DNA of 64,000 nt from Paenibacillus sp. (GTDB lineage Bacteria; Bacillota; Bacilli; Paenibacillales; YIM-B00363), in NCBI GenBank assembly GCA_044353165.1, contig JBILCM010000002.1:31477-95476 (forward strand), read 5' to 3'. Of the stretch, positions 39,209-49,199 are shown in pieces. Below the pieces are notes generated by a model. The model was given only the letters and a program-made list of their open reading frames with translations. It searched no databases and was not told the DNA's origin. The translations under genes were made by a program, and so were the position numbers. Position 1 is the first letter of the stretch; each line of letters opens with the position of its first letter.

Positions 39209-39985
39209 TTATGTGTGCAGGCGTTCGTAAATGCTTAATGCCGTCTTCATTCGGTTGATATAGGATTGGTTGCCATCCGTGCAAACAAATTCAACAATGG
39301 GACGTGCAGACAATTTTTTCATATCCGATCTTTGCATGCGTTCAATCAATCGATTCACTGTCCCTTGATGACCATCAATAATATTCATGTGTTGCGGTAT
39401 CATTCGTTGTAACAGTTGCTTAAAAAAGAGAAAATGTGTACATCCTAGCACCAATGTTCCATATTCTGCAAAATCGAACTTGGAAAACTGGTGACGCAAG
39501 TATTGCTCAACCTCGTCGCCGTCAAACAAGATTTGTTCACCATATTGAACAAGTTCAGGTAAAGGTAACGAATCCACAATGCTATGATCATCCACGCGGT
39601 TCACCAAGTTATTGTACTTGGATTCTCTTAATGTTAATGGGGTAGCGATAACCAATACTCTTTTACCACTCGAACGGTTCATTGCAACGGCGGGTTTTAC
39701 AGCAGGTTCCATGCCGATCACAGGTATTGAATACGTGTTGCGAATCTCTTCAATTGCAATACTCGTTGCTGTATTACAAGCAATAACCAATGCATGAATA
39801 TTACGGTCCATGATCGATCTAATGGATTGCGCAATATAATTTTTGACATTGTCTTTCGGCTTTGTTCCATATGGAACGTGGGCAGTGTCTGCCAAATAAA
39901 TACATTGAGCATGCGGTAATCGTTTTCTCGCTTCGGCAAGCACCGTTAACCCACCGATGCCGGAATCAAAGAATGCAATCATCAT
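39209..39985 (-). CDS. murI: glutamate racemase (Asp/Glu racemase family, MurI-like)
   Basis: FFDSGIGGLTVL, VIACNTATS and LGCTHF motifs, with both catalytic Cys contexts. 258 aa. Only 37 nt downstream of the polC stop. Confidence 0.85.
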   Translation of the reverse strand: MMIAFFDSGIGGLTVLAEARKRLPHAQCIYLADTAHVPYGTKPKDNVKNYIAQSIRSIMDRNIHALVIACNTATSIAIEEIRNTYSIPVIGMEPAVKPAVAMNRSSGKRVLVIATPLTLRESKYNNLVNRVDDHSIVDSLPLPELVQYGEQILFDGDEVEQYLRHQFSKFDFAEYGTLVLGCTHFLFFKQLLQRMIPQHMNIIDGHQGTVNRLIERMQRSDMKKLSARPIVEFVCTDGNQSYINRMKTALSIYERLHT

Positions 39986-40022
39986 GAATTCACCAAAATT
40001 CTACAGAAAATTCAATCCACTA

Positions 40023-43000
40023 CTAAAATAATGCCAACTGGTTGGAATCGGGTAATCCCCGAAAACACCCCATGGTTGTAAGCAATTCAATGACTGTCTT
40101 TGTCGCCCTCGAGCGGGACTGAAAATCTTCAATTGAAAGAAAGGGGCCGTCTCCTCGAGCTGCAGCAATGTTGCGCGCAGCATTCTCACCAATGCCAGCC
40201 ACAGCAGAGAATGGAGGAATCAAAGCATTCCCCTCGACAAGGAACTTACGGGCATCAGACCTAGCAAGATCCAAAGATGAAAACGTAAAGCCGCGCGCAG
40301 TCATTTCAAGTGCGATCTCTAGAGAAGATATCGAATTCCGCTCCTTTGTCGAGGCTTGAAATCCTTTGCTCTCAATCTCCGAAATTTTCGCCAGAATTGC
40401 GGCATATCCATGTGTCAACAATTCCAATTCAATATCCTCGGCACGAACTGTGAAATAGGTTGCGTAGAAATAAATAGGATAATACACTTTAAAATATGCG
40501 GTACGGACTGCTGAAATAACATAAGCCGCAGCATGTGCTTTAGGAAACATGTATTCAATGCGAAGACACGAGTCGATATACCACTGTGGTACCCCGCAGT
40601 TTTTCATCTCTTGGATCCATTCATCAGTCAAACCTTTTCCCTTGCGCACGCTTTCTGTGATCTTAAAAGCAAGTGCGGCATCCATGCCCGCTTTATAAAT
40701 AAGAAATAGCATAATATCATCGCGGCAACCGATCACGGTCTTAATAGAACAGATACCATTCTTGATTAAATCTTGTGCATTCCCAAGCCAAACGCCCGTT
40801 CCGTGTGATAACCCTGAAATTTGCAACAAATCCGCGAACGACTTCGGTTGCGTTTCTTCAAGCATTTGCCTTACAAATCGAGTCCCCATCTCGGGAACAC
40901 CGTACGTCGCCACAGGAGTGCGGATTTGAGCTTGAGTAACGCCTATAGCTTCCGTTGTTGAAAAGATACTCATCACTTTGGGATCGTTCATCGGGATCGA
41001 AGTTGGATCAACGCCTGTTAAATCTTGTAACATGCGCATCATTGTAGGATCATCGTGACCGAGAATATCTAGTTTTAACAAATTCGCATCAAATGCATGA
41101 TAGTCAAAATGTGTGGTCTTCCATTCTGAAGATGTATCATCCGCCGGGTACTGTACCGGGGTAATATCTTCAACATCAATATATTCTGGAACCACAACAA
41201 TTCCACCAGGGTGCTGACCTGTTGAACGTTTCACGCCTGTGCAGCCTATGGCTAGACGTTCTTCCTCTGCACTGCGCCATTTTATATTCTTGTCTTCTTC
41301 ATATTTTTTAACAAATCCGAATGCCGTTTTTTCAGCGACGGTTCCGATCGTGCCCGCTCGAAATACATTGCGTTCACCGAACAAGATCTTGGTATAGTTG
41401 TGCGCTTGCGGTTGGTATTCACCTGAAAAATTGAGGTCAATATCCGGAACTTTATCCCCTTTGAAACCCAAGAAGGTTTCGAATGGGATGTCTTGTCCCT
41501 CTCCCTTCATTGCAGTGCCGCAACGTGGGCATGCTTTGGTTAGTAAGTCAAATCCCGAAGGAACAGATCCGTCCAGAAACCATTCACTCCATAAACACGA
41601 TCTGCAAAGATAATGAGCAGGCAACGGGTTAACCTCTGAAATTCCGAGAAACGTTGCTACGATGGAAGAACCAACGGAACCCCTAGAACCTACCAAATAG
41701 CCATCTTCATTTGATTTTTTAACGAGCCGTTCAGAAATTAAATAATTGGCTGAAAACCCATACTTAATAATAGGTTGCAGTTCTTTTTCGAGTCTTGCTT
41801 CTACAACCTCTGGAATCGGATCTCCATAAAGTCGTCGGGCAGTCTCGTAGCACTTGTTGCGGATTTCTACATCTGCACCTTCAATTAGCGGTGTGTATAA
41901 TTGGTCTGGAAATAACTCAATCGACTCAAAACGTTCTGCCAGAGCAATCGTATTACGTACAACAACATCATAAGCTGTTTCTCTATTGAGAAATGAGAAT
42001 TCATCCAGCATTTCATTCGTTGTCCGAAAATGCGCATCCGGTTTACGCAAGTCCTTCAGTGGACTAAAGCCAGTAATGCCATGAATGGTAATCTCACGAA
42101 ATAATTGCTGGTGTGGATGGGCGTAATGAACATTGCCTGTTGCGATCACCGGTTTTCCGAGATTTCTGCCAATTTCCAATATGGAATGGATGGTTAATTG
42201 AATTTGAGTCAAATCAGTCACAAGACCCTTATCAACAAGATGCTTGTAGAATGTCAAAGGTTGGATTTCAAAAAAATCGTAAAAGCGAGCGACTTCTTGA
42301 GCTTCTTCAAACGATTTATTCAAAACAGTTTCAAAAAATTCACCTTTTTCACAACCCGATCCAATCCATAAACCGTCCCGCAATGCTTCTAATTTCGACT
42401 TAGGAATGCACGGTACTCGTTGAAAATATTGTGTGTGAGAAATCGACACAAGCTTGTATAAATTTTTTTTGCCGATGGCATTAAGTGCATAAATATTGCA
42501 ATGAAAAGGACGGACATTGCTAAGATCACGTCCAATATTACAGTTCAAATCAGATAAAAATTTCATGTTTAGAGTGGATACTTCCTTGAGCATATGAAAG
42601 ACGATCTCACTCAACGCTTGAGCATCATCAATAGCACGATGATGATTTTCTAAAGACACTTTATACTTATCTGCCAACGTATTCAAACGATGATTTTTCA
42701 TGTTGGGATAGAGCCATCTCGCCATCTCCAATGAATCCATAACGGGGTTATTCGCATGCATAATGCCATGGCGTTTGCATGCCGCATCCAAAAATCCCGA
42801 GTCAAAACGAGCGTTATGCGCCACAAACACACAATCACCGGCCCAGTCCACAAATCGGGAGATAACCTCACGCTCTTCAGGGGCCTGAGAAACCATTTCG
42901 TTCGTTATGTTCGTGAGTTGCGTGATCTGTTGTGGAATCGCTTCATGCGGATTTATAAATTCGGAGAAATGCGCAATGATTTTACCGTTCTTCATCTTGA

Positions 43001-44333
43001 CGCCAGCCAATTCAATGATTTTATTGTACGTCACAGATAATCCCGTTGTTTCCACATCGTAAATCACATAAGTTGCATCAGACAATTCACGATCGTCAGC
43101 TTGATGAACGATAGGAATCCCATCGTTAAGCACATTCGCTTCGATCCCATAAATCATTTTTATTCCATATTTCTTCGCAACTTTTGCCGCCTCAGGGAAA
43201 GACTGTACGTTTGCGTGATCTGTGACCGCGAGCGCTTTATGCCCCCATTTTGCTGCAAGTTGAATATATTCTGTAATGTCACTTACTGCATCCATCGTAC
43301 TCATTGTGGTGTGAAGATGAAACTCCACACGTTTTTCATCAGCATCGTCATGACGTTGTATGGAGGCTTGCGCCTCGTTAATATCTGACACAATCACAAC
43401 AAGATCAGGTTCCTGCATGAAGCGATCATATTCTACCCGACCGCGAATCCGAACCCAATTGCCTAAGGTTAATTGGTTTAAAATTTTTACATCTTCCTTG
43501 GTTTTAGCAAAACATTTGCACTGAATAGATTCCGAAAAGTCCGTCAAAGAAAATTGAAACAACGTGCTTCCGTTTCGCAACTCTTTAACATCCAATTGAA
43601 AAATCGAACCTTGAATAATTACTTTTTTTTCTTCTTCTTGAATCTTTTGGATGGGTATCGGTATGTCCTTGATTTCATATCCAAAAGTCCATTTATTTCC
43701 AGGTAACGATGTAAGTTGATTTTTGGCGACACGTAACGTTGACTCCGAGATTAATTCTTGCTTAAATTGCATTTCTTCCGCAACGATCTGTGCCTGAAAA
43801 CGTTCATATTCCTCAACTCTAGACGCTGAAACTTCGAGTGAAACTCGAAATTCACGCGAAAAGTATTCGTAATAAAAATTTCTAACTAAAGTTCCAACAT
43901 CTCGTTTCTTTGCTAGTTCCAAAGCTGTCGTGTCAAGAAGTATGAGATTGATGAGATCCGAAGTCACTTCAATTTTAGCCTTGGCTAGCCATCCATTTAT
44001 TGAAACAACTTCTGTTTGAGCCCATTCCACAAAGTTTGGCCAATACATCTCAACCAACTCAGAGTCGGAGATCACTTCATCATAGTCCACGATTAACTGT
44101 AATTTGGTTATGTGAGGGAACTTTGCGGATGCAGCTTGACACAATGAACGATATTGAGTACTCGGGATTAATATTTTTTTCTTAACAAAAATTTTCCATT
44201 CAGGGGTCAACTTACTCGTTTCTACACTTTCAATAAATCCATCCTTGAAGAAAGCATCAAAATCACTTGCGTTCACCCCGACATGCTGAATAAACCGTTC
44301 GAACCGATTTTGCTTGTCAACCCATTCGCTCAA
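40023..44333 (-). CDS. polC: DNA polymerase III PolC-type (PHP, 3'-5' exonuclease and polymerase domains)
   Basis: Collinear by eye with B. subtilis PolC (exo motif VIYDVETTGLS, zinc site CPRCG, GDKVPDIDLNFSGEYQ, C-terminal NQLALF). Start re-set to the TTG at 44333, with AGGAGGAG 6 nt upstream, directly after the proS stop. The ORF-track ATG at 44372 lies inside proS and has no SD. Confidence 0.97.
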   Translation of the reverse strand: MSEWVDKQNRFERFIQHVGVNASDFDAFFKDGFIESVETSKLTPEWKIFVKKKILIPSTQYRSLCQAASAKFPHITKLQLIVDYDEVISDSELVEMYWPNFVEWAQTEVVSINGWLAKAKIEVTSDLINLILLDTTALELAKKRDVGTLVRNFYYEYFSREFRVSLEVSASRVEEYERFQAQIVAEEMQFKQELISESTLRVAKNQLTSLPGNKWTFGYEIKDIPIPIQKIQEEEKKVIIQGSIFQLDVKELRNGSTLFQFSLTDFSESIQCKCFAKTKEDVKILNQLTLGNWVRIRGRVEYDRFMQEPDLVVIVSDINEAQASIQRHDDADEKRVEFHLHTTMSTMDAVSDITEYIQLAAKWGHKALAVTDHANVQSFPEAAKVAKKYGIKMIYGIEANVLNDGIPIVHQADDRELSDATYVIYDVETTGLSVTYNKIIELAGVKMKNGKIIAHFSEFINPHEAIPQQITQLTNITNEMVSQAPEEREVISRFVDWAGDCVFVAHNARFDSGFLDAACKRHGIMHANNPVMDSLEMARWLYPNMKNHRLNTLADKYKVSLENHHRAIDDAQALSEIVFHMLKEVSTLNMKFLSDLNCNIGRDLSNVRPFHCNIYALNAIGKKNLYKLVSISHTQYFQRVPCIPKSKLEALRDGLWIGSGCEKGEFFETVLNKSFEEAQEVARFYDFFEIQPLTFYKHLVDKGLVTDLTQIQLTIHSILEIGRNLGKPVIATGNVHYAHPHQQLFREITIHGITGFSPLKDLRKPDAHFRTTNEMLDEFSFLNRETAYDVVVRNTIALAERFESIELFPDQLYTPLIEGADVEIRNKCYETARRLYGDPIPEVVEARLEKELQPIIKYGFSANYLISERLVKKSNEDGYLVGSRGSVGSSIVATFLGISEVNPLPAHYLCRSCLWSEWFLDGSVPSGFDLLTKACPRCGTAMKGEGQDIPFETFLGFKGDKVPDIDLNFSGEYQPQAHNYTKILFGERNVFRAGTIGTVAEKTAFGFVKKYEEDKNIKWRSAEEERLAIGCTGVKRSTGQHPGGIVVVPEYIDVEDITPVQYPADDTSSEWKTTHFDYHAFDANLLKLDILGHDDPTMMRMLQDLTGVDPTSIPMNDPKVMSIFSTTEAIGVTQAQIRTPVATYGVPEMGTRFVRQMLEETQPKSFADLLQISGLSHGTGVWLGNAQDLIKNGICSIKTVIGCRDDIMLFLIYKAGMDAALAFKITESVRKGKGLTDEWIQEMKNCGVPQWYIDSCLRIEYMFPKAHAAAYVISAVRTAYFKVYYPIYFYATYFTVRAEDIELELLTHGYAAILAKISEIESKGFQASTKERNSISSLEIALEMTARGFTFSSLDLARSDARKFLVEGNALIPPFSAVAGIGENAARNIAAARGDGPFLSIEDFQSRSRATKTVIELLTTMGCFRGLPDSNQLALF

Positions 44334-44349
44334 TGGCTTCTCCTCCTGT

Positions 44350-45810
44350 TTAGTACGCACGTGCGAATGCAACGGTATGCTTGGCTGGGTTTCCGCATAC
44401 TAGACAAGTGGACTTGCGTTCGATTGGATCGAATGGAATGTTGCGGCTCGTTGCGCCGGTCGCATCTTTTACATGTGTTTCACACACGGCTTCTCCGCAC
44501 CAACCGGCCATGACAAAACAACGAAGTTTCTCGTCATTAGTAATGAGTTCGTCTAAGGTGTTGACACTTCGCAAATTCTCGTTCATGAACTGAAGTGCGC
44601 GTTGAAACAGTTCCTTGTGCACATCTTCTAGCATTCGTCTAACTTCAAAGACAATATTGTCCAATGCGATAATGCGTTTTTCCCCGGAAACACGCGAAAC
44701 GAGAATAGCCTGTCCTTGTTCGAGATCGCGAGGGCCCAGCTCAATGCGCAACGGTATTCCCCGCATTTCATACTCATTAAATTTCCAGCCAGGACTTAGA
44801 TCGGAACGATCATCCATGCGAATACGTATACCATTGTTTCGTAGCTCTCGAAAAATTTGTTCTGCTTTTTCTATAACGGCCGCTCGTTTCGCCGGTGGTC
44901 CAATCGGAATTAGCACAGTTTGTGTAGGAGCAACTTTAGGTGGAAGGACCAATCCGCGATCATCGCCATGCACCATAATTAAAGCACCGATCAGACGAGT
45001 TGATACACCCCACGAGGTTGTATGAACAAGCTGTTGTTGATTTTCACGATCCAAATATTTTATATCAAATGCTGAGGCAAAGTTGGTTCCTAAATAGTGC
45101 GATGTTCCTGCCTGCACTGCACGCCCATCACGCATAATCGCTTCTATGGAGTATGTATCAACAGCACCGGCAAACTTCTCGGATGGTGTCTTTTGTCCCA
45201 CAATCACTGGAATCGCAAGCACATTCTCAGCAAATTCACGATATGTCTCGAGCATAAGCATCGTCTCGCGCCTTGCATCTTCTTCGTTCTCGTGTGCTGT
45301 ATGGCCTTCTTGCCATAGAAATTCACTCGTTCGAAGAAATGGCAGTGTTCGCTTTTCCCAACGTACAACGTTCGCCCATTGATTGATGAGCACAGGCAAA
45401 TCTCGATAGGATTGAATCCACTTGGAATACATATAACCGATCATCGTTTCAGAAGTTGGACGAATGGCCAATCGTTCCTCTAATTTTTCTCCTCCGGCTT
45501 CTGTAACCCAAGGAAGTTCAGGATTAAACCCTTCAACATGTTCCTTCTCTTTCTGAAAAAAACTCTCTGGAATAAATAGTGGAAAATAAGCATTACGGTG
45601 ACCTGTAGCCTTAAAGCGATCATCCAGTTGCCGTTGTATCAATTCCCAAAGTTCGTAACCGTCTGGTTTAAAAACAATACACCCTCTAACAGGAGCATAA
45701 TCCATTAAATCAGCTTTACGTATGGTATCAAGGTACCATCTTGAGAAGTCTTCTTGTTGAGGTGTAATTTCCCGATTGCCAGCTTGTTTTTTGTCCGATT
45801 CATAATTCAT
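44350..45810 (-). CDS. proS: proline--tRNA ligase, archaeal/eukaryote-like architecture (no INS editing domain, C-terminal zinc-binding domain)
   Basis: 486 aa. Class II motifs (FRAE-like RPTSET, GTSHYLG), an anticodon-binding domain, a C-terminal Cys cluster (CGEAVCETH...CLVCGNPA) and a terminal ...FARAY. Confidence 0.93.
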   Translation of the reverse strand: MNYESDKKQAGNREITPQQEDFSRWYLDTIRKADLMDYAPVRGCIVFKPDGYELWELIQRQLDDRFKATGHRNAYFPLFIPESFFQKEKEHVEGFNPELPWVTEAGGEKLEERLAIRPTSETMIGYMYSKWIQSYRDLPVLINQWANVVRWEKRTLPFLRTSEFLWQEGHTAHENEEDARRETMLMLETYREFAENVLAIPVIVGQKTPSEKFAGAVDTYSIEAIMRDGRAVQAGTSHYLGTNFASAFDIKYLDRENQQQLVHTTSWGVSTRLIGALIMVHGDDRGLVLPPKVAPTQTVLIPIGPPAKRAAVIEKAEQIFRELRNNGIRIRMDDRSDLSPGWKFNEYEMRGIPLRIELGPRDLEQGQAILVSRVSGEKRIIALDNIVFEVRRMLEDVHKELFQRALQFMNENLRSVNTLDELITNDEKLRCFVMAGWCGEAVCETHVKDATGATSRNIPFDPIERKSTCLVCGNPAKHTVAFARAY

Positions 45811-45819
45811 TAACTTATT

Positions 45820-47100
45820 TTACCCCCGAAAAAACCTCATAATGTCGTTATAAGTAACTGCAACCATTAACATCATTAACATTGCAAATCCAATGAAATG
45901 AACTAAGCTTTCTCGTTGTGGATTGACTGGCCTTCCCCTAACCGCTTCTATGCCAAGAAAGATCAAACGACTTCCATCCAACGCAGGGATAGGCAATAAA
46001 TTAAAAATGGCTAAATATAGGCTCAACATAGCCGCCCACCATGTATAATATAGAATCCCAGCATTTGCAAGTTGCATTGTCATTTCAGCGATACGAATGG
46101 GTCCACCCAGATCATCAAGCACAAACTGACCCAAGATTAACTTCTGAAAACCTTGAACAATCGTAACTGTTGCAACCCACATTGTATCGAATCCGTTCAC
46201 GAAGCCTTCAACAGGTGTGGCGGGTCTCGTAATCGGGGCCATTCTAACTCCAACACGAATCGATTCTTTACCATCCTCCGTTATTGTTGCCGGAGTCATT
46301 CGCAATACAATGTCCTTGCCTTCGCGGTTGACGATCCATTCCATTGGTTGTCCCGCTGATGAAACAACAATTTGAGATATAAGCGATGCGTCAGCACCAA
46401 TTTCGATACCATTTATTTTTTTTACAACATCTCCGGCGCGAAGATCTGCTTTTTGAGCGGGTTCACCAGGAATAACATCATTGACAGACACTCCAGTTGG
46501 TATTCCGCTCATCCATGCAAATCCGATAAACAAAGCTGCTGCTAATAAAATGTTCATTAATGGGCCGGCAAATATAGCCATTGCACGTTGACGAATCGAT
46601 TTCGATCCAAATTGTCGATCCAATGGTGCGATCTGCATTTCACGATTGCGAGCGACGATTACCGCCTGCGGATGCACCGAATATTGACTCACTTGCCCAT
46701 CAATATCAAGAAGAATGTGCAGCTTTCGCTCCAAATCTACCTTCTTTACTTCACCTTGAATTGCATTCAATCGTTCATCAATCTTATCTAGATAAATAGT
46801 TCTCACTTTATCGCCTAAAAGCTCAACGGCAATTTTCTGATCTTTCTGAATTTGCAGTTGCTCCGGATCTTCACCCGCCATCCTTACGTATCCACCAAAA
46901 GGTAGGAGCCGCAACATATATGTTGTCTCTCCGCGACGAAACATAAAAATTTTGGGTCCGAAACCAATAGCAAATTCACGGACGAGCACTCCGGCGCGTT
47001 TTGCAAAATAAAAATGGCCCCATTCGTGTATCGTAACCAGAATAAAAAACAACAAAACCGTCAGCAAAATTCCCTGAGGCGTCAACTGAGGCGTAAACAA
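45820..47100 (-). CDS. rseP: RIP metalloprotease RseP/RasP (site-2 protease)
   Basis: HEWGHF zinc motif, PDZ domain and a C-terminal NLLPIPALDG motif. TTG start with GAAGGAGGA 8 nt upstream. Confidence 0.94.
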   Translation of the reverse strand: MFTPQLTPQGILLTVLLFFILVTIHEWGHFYFAKRAGVLVREFAIGFGPKIFMFRRGETTYMLRLLPFGGYVRMAGEDPEQLQIQKDQKIAVELLGDKVRTIYLDKIDERLNAIQGEVKKVDLERKLHILLDIDGQVSQYSVHPQAVIVARNREMQIAPLDRQFGSKSIRQRAMAIFAGPLMNILLAAALFIGFAWMSGIPTGVSVNDVIPGEPAQKADLRAGDVVKKINGIEIGADASLISQIVVSSAGQPMEWIVNREGKDIVLRMTPATITEDGKESIRVGVRMAPITRPATPVEGFVNGFDTMWVATVTIVQGFQKLILGQFVLDDLGGPIRIAEMTMQLANAGILYYTWWAAMLSLYLAIFNLLPIPALDGSRLIFLGIEAVRGRPVNPQRESLVHFIGFAMLMMLMVAVTYNDIMRFFRG

Positions 47101-47201
47101 TGAGTCGTTCCTCCTTCAACTTTCCATCAACAGGCTCTATGCCCGAATCGGTATGTTTCTATAGATTACCATTAATCGAATTACCCATACAAGCGAACAG
47201 T

Positions 47202-48356
47202 TCAGGTTCCATACTTTATTTGTGAAGCCAAGCCACGGGCCCATTGATCGGCTTCTAGAATAGCTTGAAATTCGAGTTCCCTTAATGGAATGTGCTTTGC
47301 TAGGACATCCTCAACTATAGATTCTATGGCAAGAAAAGGAATGTCTCCAGCAAGAAAACGTGAAACTGCAACTTCATTGGCAGCATTGAACACCGCAGGT
47401 GAAGTTCCTCCCACTCGTCCAGCTTCATATGCAAAACGAATCATAGGGTAGCGATCGAAATCCATGACACGAAAAGTAAGCTTCCCTACGGTTGCAAGAT
47501 CTAGAGACGCGGAAGGTGAACGAGGTCGGTTTGGGTATGTTAAAGCATATTGAATCGGTACGCGCATATCAGGCATTCCCAGTTGTGCGATAATGCTTCT
47601 ATCTTGAAATTCGACATAAGAATGGATGATGGATTCCGGGTGGATTAATACACGAATCCGATCATAATCAATCCCAAAAAGCCAATAGGCTTCAATGACT
47701 TCAAGTCCTTTGTTAGCCATTGTTGCGGAATCAATCGTCACCTTGGGCCCCATGGACCAATTCGGATGTTTCAATGCATCAGCCACACTAACATGAGCTA
47801 ACAATTCTCTCGAGAGGTCTCGAAAACTGCCGCCCGACGCTGTCAAGGTGAGTGATAGAACATCTTCGATTCTCGATCCATTCAAACATTGAAATAGTGC
47901 TGAATGCTCGCTATCAACAGGTACGATGGCCACACCGTGCTGTTTGGCCTTTGCCGTCACGATATGTCCAGCGGCAACAAGTGTCTCTTTATTGGCTAAT
48001 GCGATGGTTTTCCCAGCTTCAATAGCAGCCAACGTAGGTTGACAACCTGCACTTCCAACCATGGCTGAAACGACAATGTCTGCATCCGTATACGCAGCGA
48101 CCGCGATGTTTCCTTCCTCCCCATATAAAACTTTGACGTCAGAGGGAATCATTGGTTTCAGTTCCTCAGCACCTATTTTTGAAGCAACAGAGACGATTTG
48201 AGGATGGAATTGATTCACTTGGGCCGCAAGTCGTTCAATATTCCCGCCCGCAGACAATGCTACAACTTCAAAGTGCTCAGGGTGGTACGCAACAATATCC
48301 AGGGTCTGTGTCCCGATCGAACCTGTGCTTCCTAGCAATGTGATTTTTTTAGCCAC
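47202..48356 (-). CDS. dxr: 1-deoxy-D-xylulose 5-phosphate reductoisomerase
   Basis: LLGSTGSIGTQTLD NADPH motif, plus ...LANKE... and ...DSEHSA... motifs. GTG start with GAGGGGGT upstream. Confidence 0.96.
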   Translation of the reverse strand: MAKKITLLGSTGSIGTQTLDIVAYHPEHFEVVALSAGGNIERLAAQVNQFHPQIVSVASKIGAEELKPMIPSDVKVLYGEEGNIAVAAYTDADIVVSAMVGSAGCQPTLAAIEAGKTIALANKETLVAAGHIVTAKAKQHGVAIVPVDSEHSALFQCLNGSRIEDVLSLTLTASGGSFRDLSRELLAHVSVADALKHPNWSMGPKVTIDSATMANKGLEVIEAYWLFGIDYDRIRVLIHPESIIHSYVEFQDRSIIAQLGMPDMRVPIQYALTYPNRPRSPSASLDLATVGKLTFRVMDFDRYPMIRFAYEAGRVGGTSPAVFNAANEVAVSRFLAGDIPFLAIESIVEDVLAKHIPLRELEFQAILEADQWARGLASQIKYGT

Positions 48357-48377
48357 AAATTATACCCCCTCAAGCAG

Positions 48378-49172
48378 TTACTGTGGTAGTAAGCCCAACA
48401 AATGGACGAACGGGAAAACGATGATCCAACTATCTGTGCGATCCAGGATTCCTCCATGTCCGGGTAGAATATTCCCTGAATCTTTAATATTGCGAACCCG
48501 CTTATATGCCGATTGAATCAAATCTCCAAGTTGTCCGAGCACAGAAATAATAAAGCCAATCTGAATCGCCTCTTTATATGACAAAATTTCTGGTTGAATG
48601 GTTGAGAAAGTGAGAGCCGTCAAGGTAGAAACCAACATCCCACCAATTGCGCCCTCGATTGTTTTTTTAGGTGAAATGGAGGGCCAAAGCAATCTTCTTC
48701 CGAAAAGCCAACCTGCAAAATAAGCACCTACATCTGTTAACCAAATGCATCCAAAAAGTAATAAAGTCCAAAAAAAACCATCCGGTATTAACCGGGTGTA
48801 AATCATATAATGAAAACCAACACCAATATATACAACGCCAATAAAAGATAAGGCAATTTTGTCAATGCTTGTTCGATTTTTTGAAACGACAGTAATTACA
48901 AAATATAAGAACATCAAGAACCACAGCACCGATTGTTGTGGAGGTAATTGGATGTGAAAAAAGGCATCCCAAGGAACAACGAGATAGAGGGTCCCCACAT
49001 AGCCAAAAATTGAAACAGGCTCCCAATCACTTGCACCATTCATTCTCACAAATTCATGGTATGCAACCACAGATAACAAAGATATGAGCAACGCATACCA
49101 ACTACTGCCTGCCACAAGCATCGCAAGAAAAAACAATGCGGCAAAAACCCCTGTTATGACTCTCTGACGCAT
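48378..49172 (-). CDS. cdsA: phosphatidate cytidylyltransferase
   Basis: Polytopic membrane protein with the C-terminal CdsA signature (SAYKRVRNIKDSGNILPGHGGILDRTDS). Confidence 0.94.
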   Translation of the reverse strand: MRQRVITGVFAALFFLAMLVAGSSWYALLISLLSVVAYHEFVRMNGASDWEPVSIFGYVGTLYLVVPWDAFFHIQLPPQQSVLWFLMFLYFVITVVSKNRTSIDKIALSFIGVVYIGVGFHYMIYTRLIPDGFFWTLLLFGCIWLTDVGAYFAGWLFGRRLLWPSISPKKTIEGAIGGMLVSTLTALTFSTIQPEILSYKEAIQIGFIISVLGQLGDLIQSAYKRVRNIKDSGNILPGHGGILDRTDSWIIVFPFVHLLGLLPQ

Positions 49173-49199
49173 GATGTGTATTTAGTCCCCCCCTCATTG

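Noticed and set aside
40001-40192. A 63-aa minus-strand ORF overlapping the polC 3' end and the polC-racemase spacer.
   Set aside because: It is out of frame within polC, has no SD, and its composition is not protein-like.
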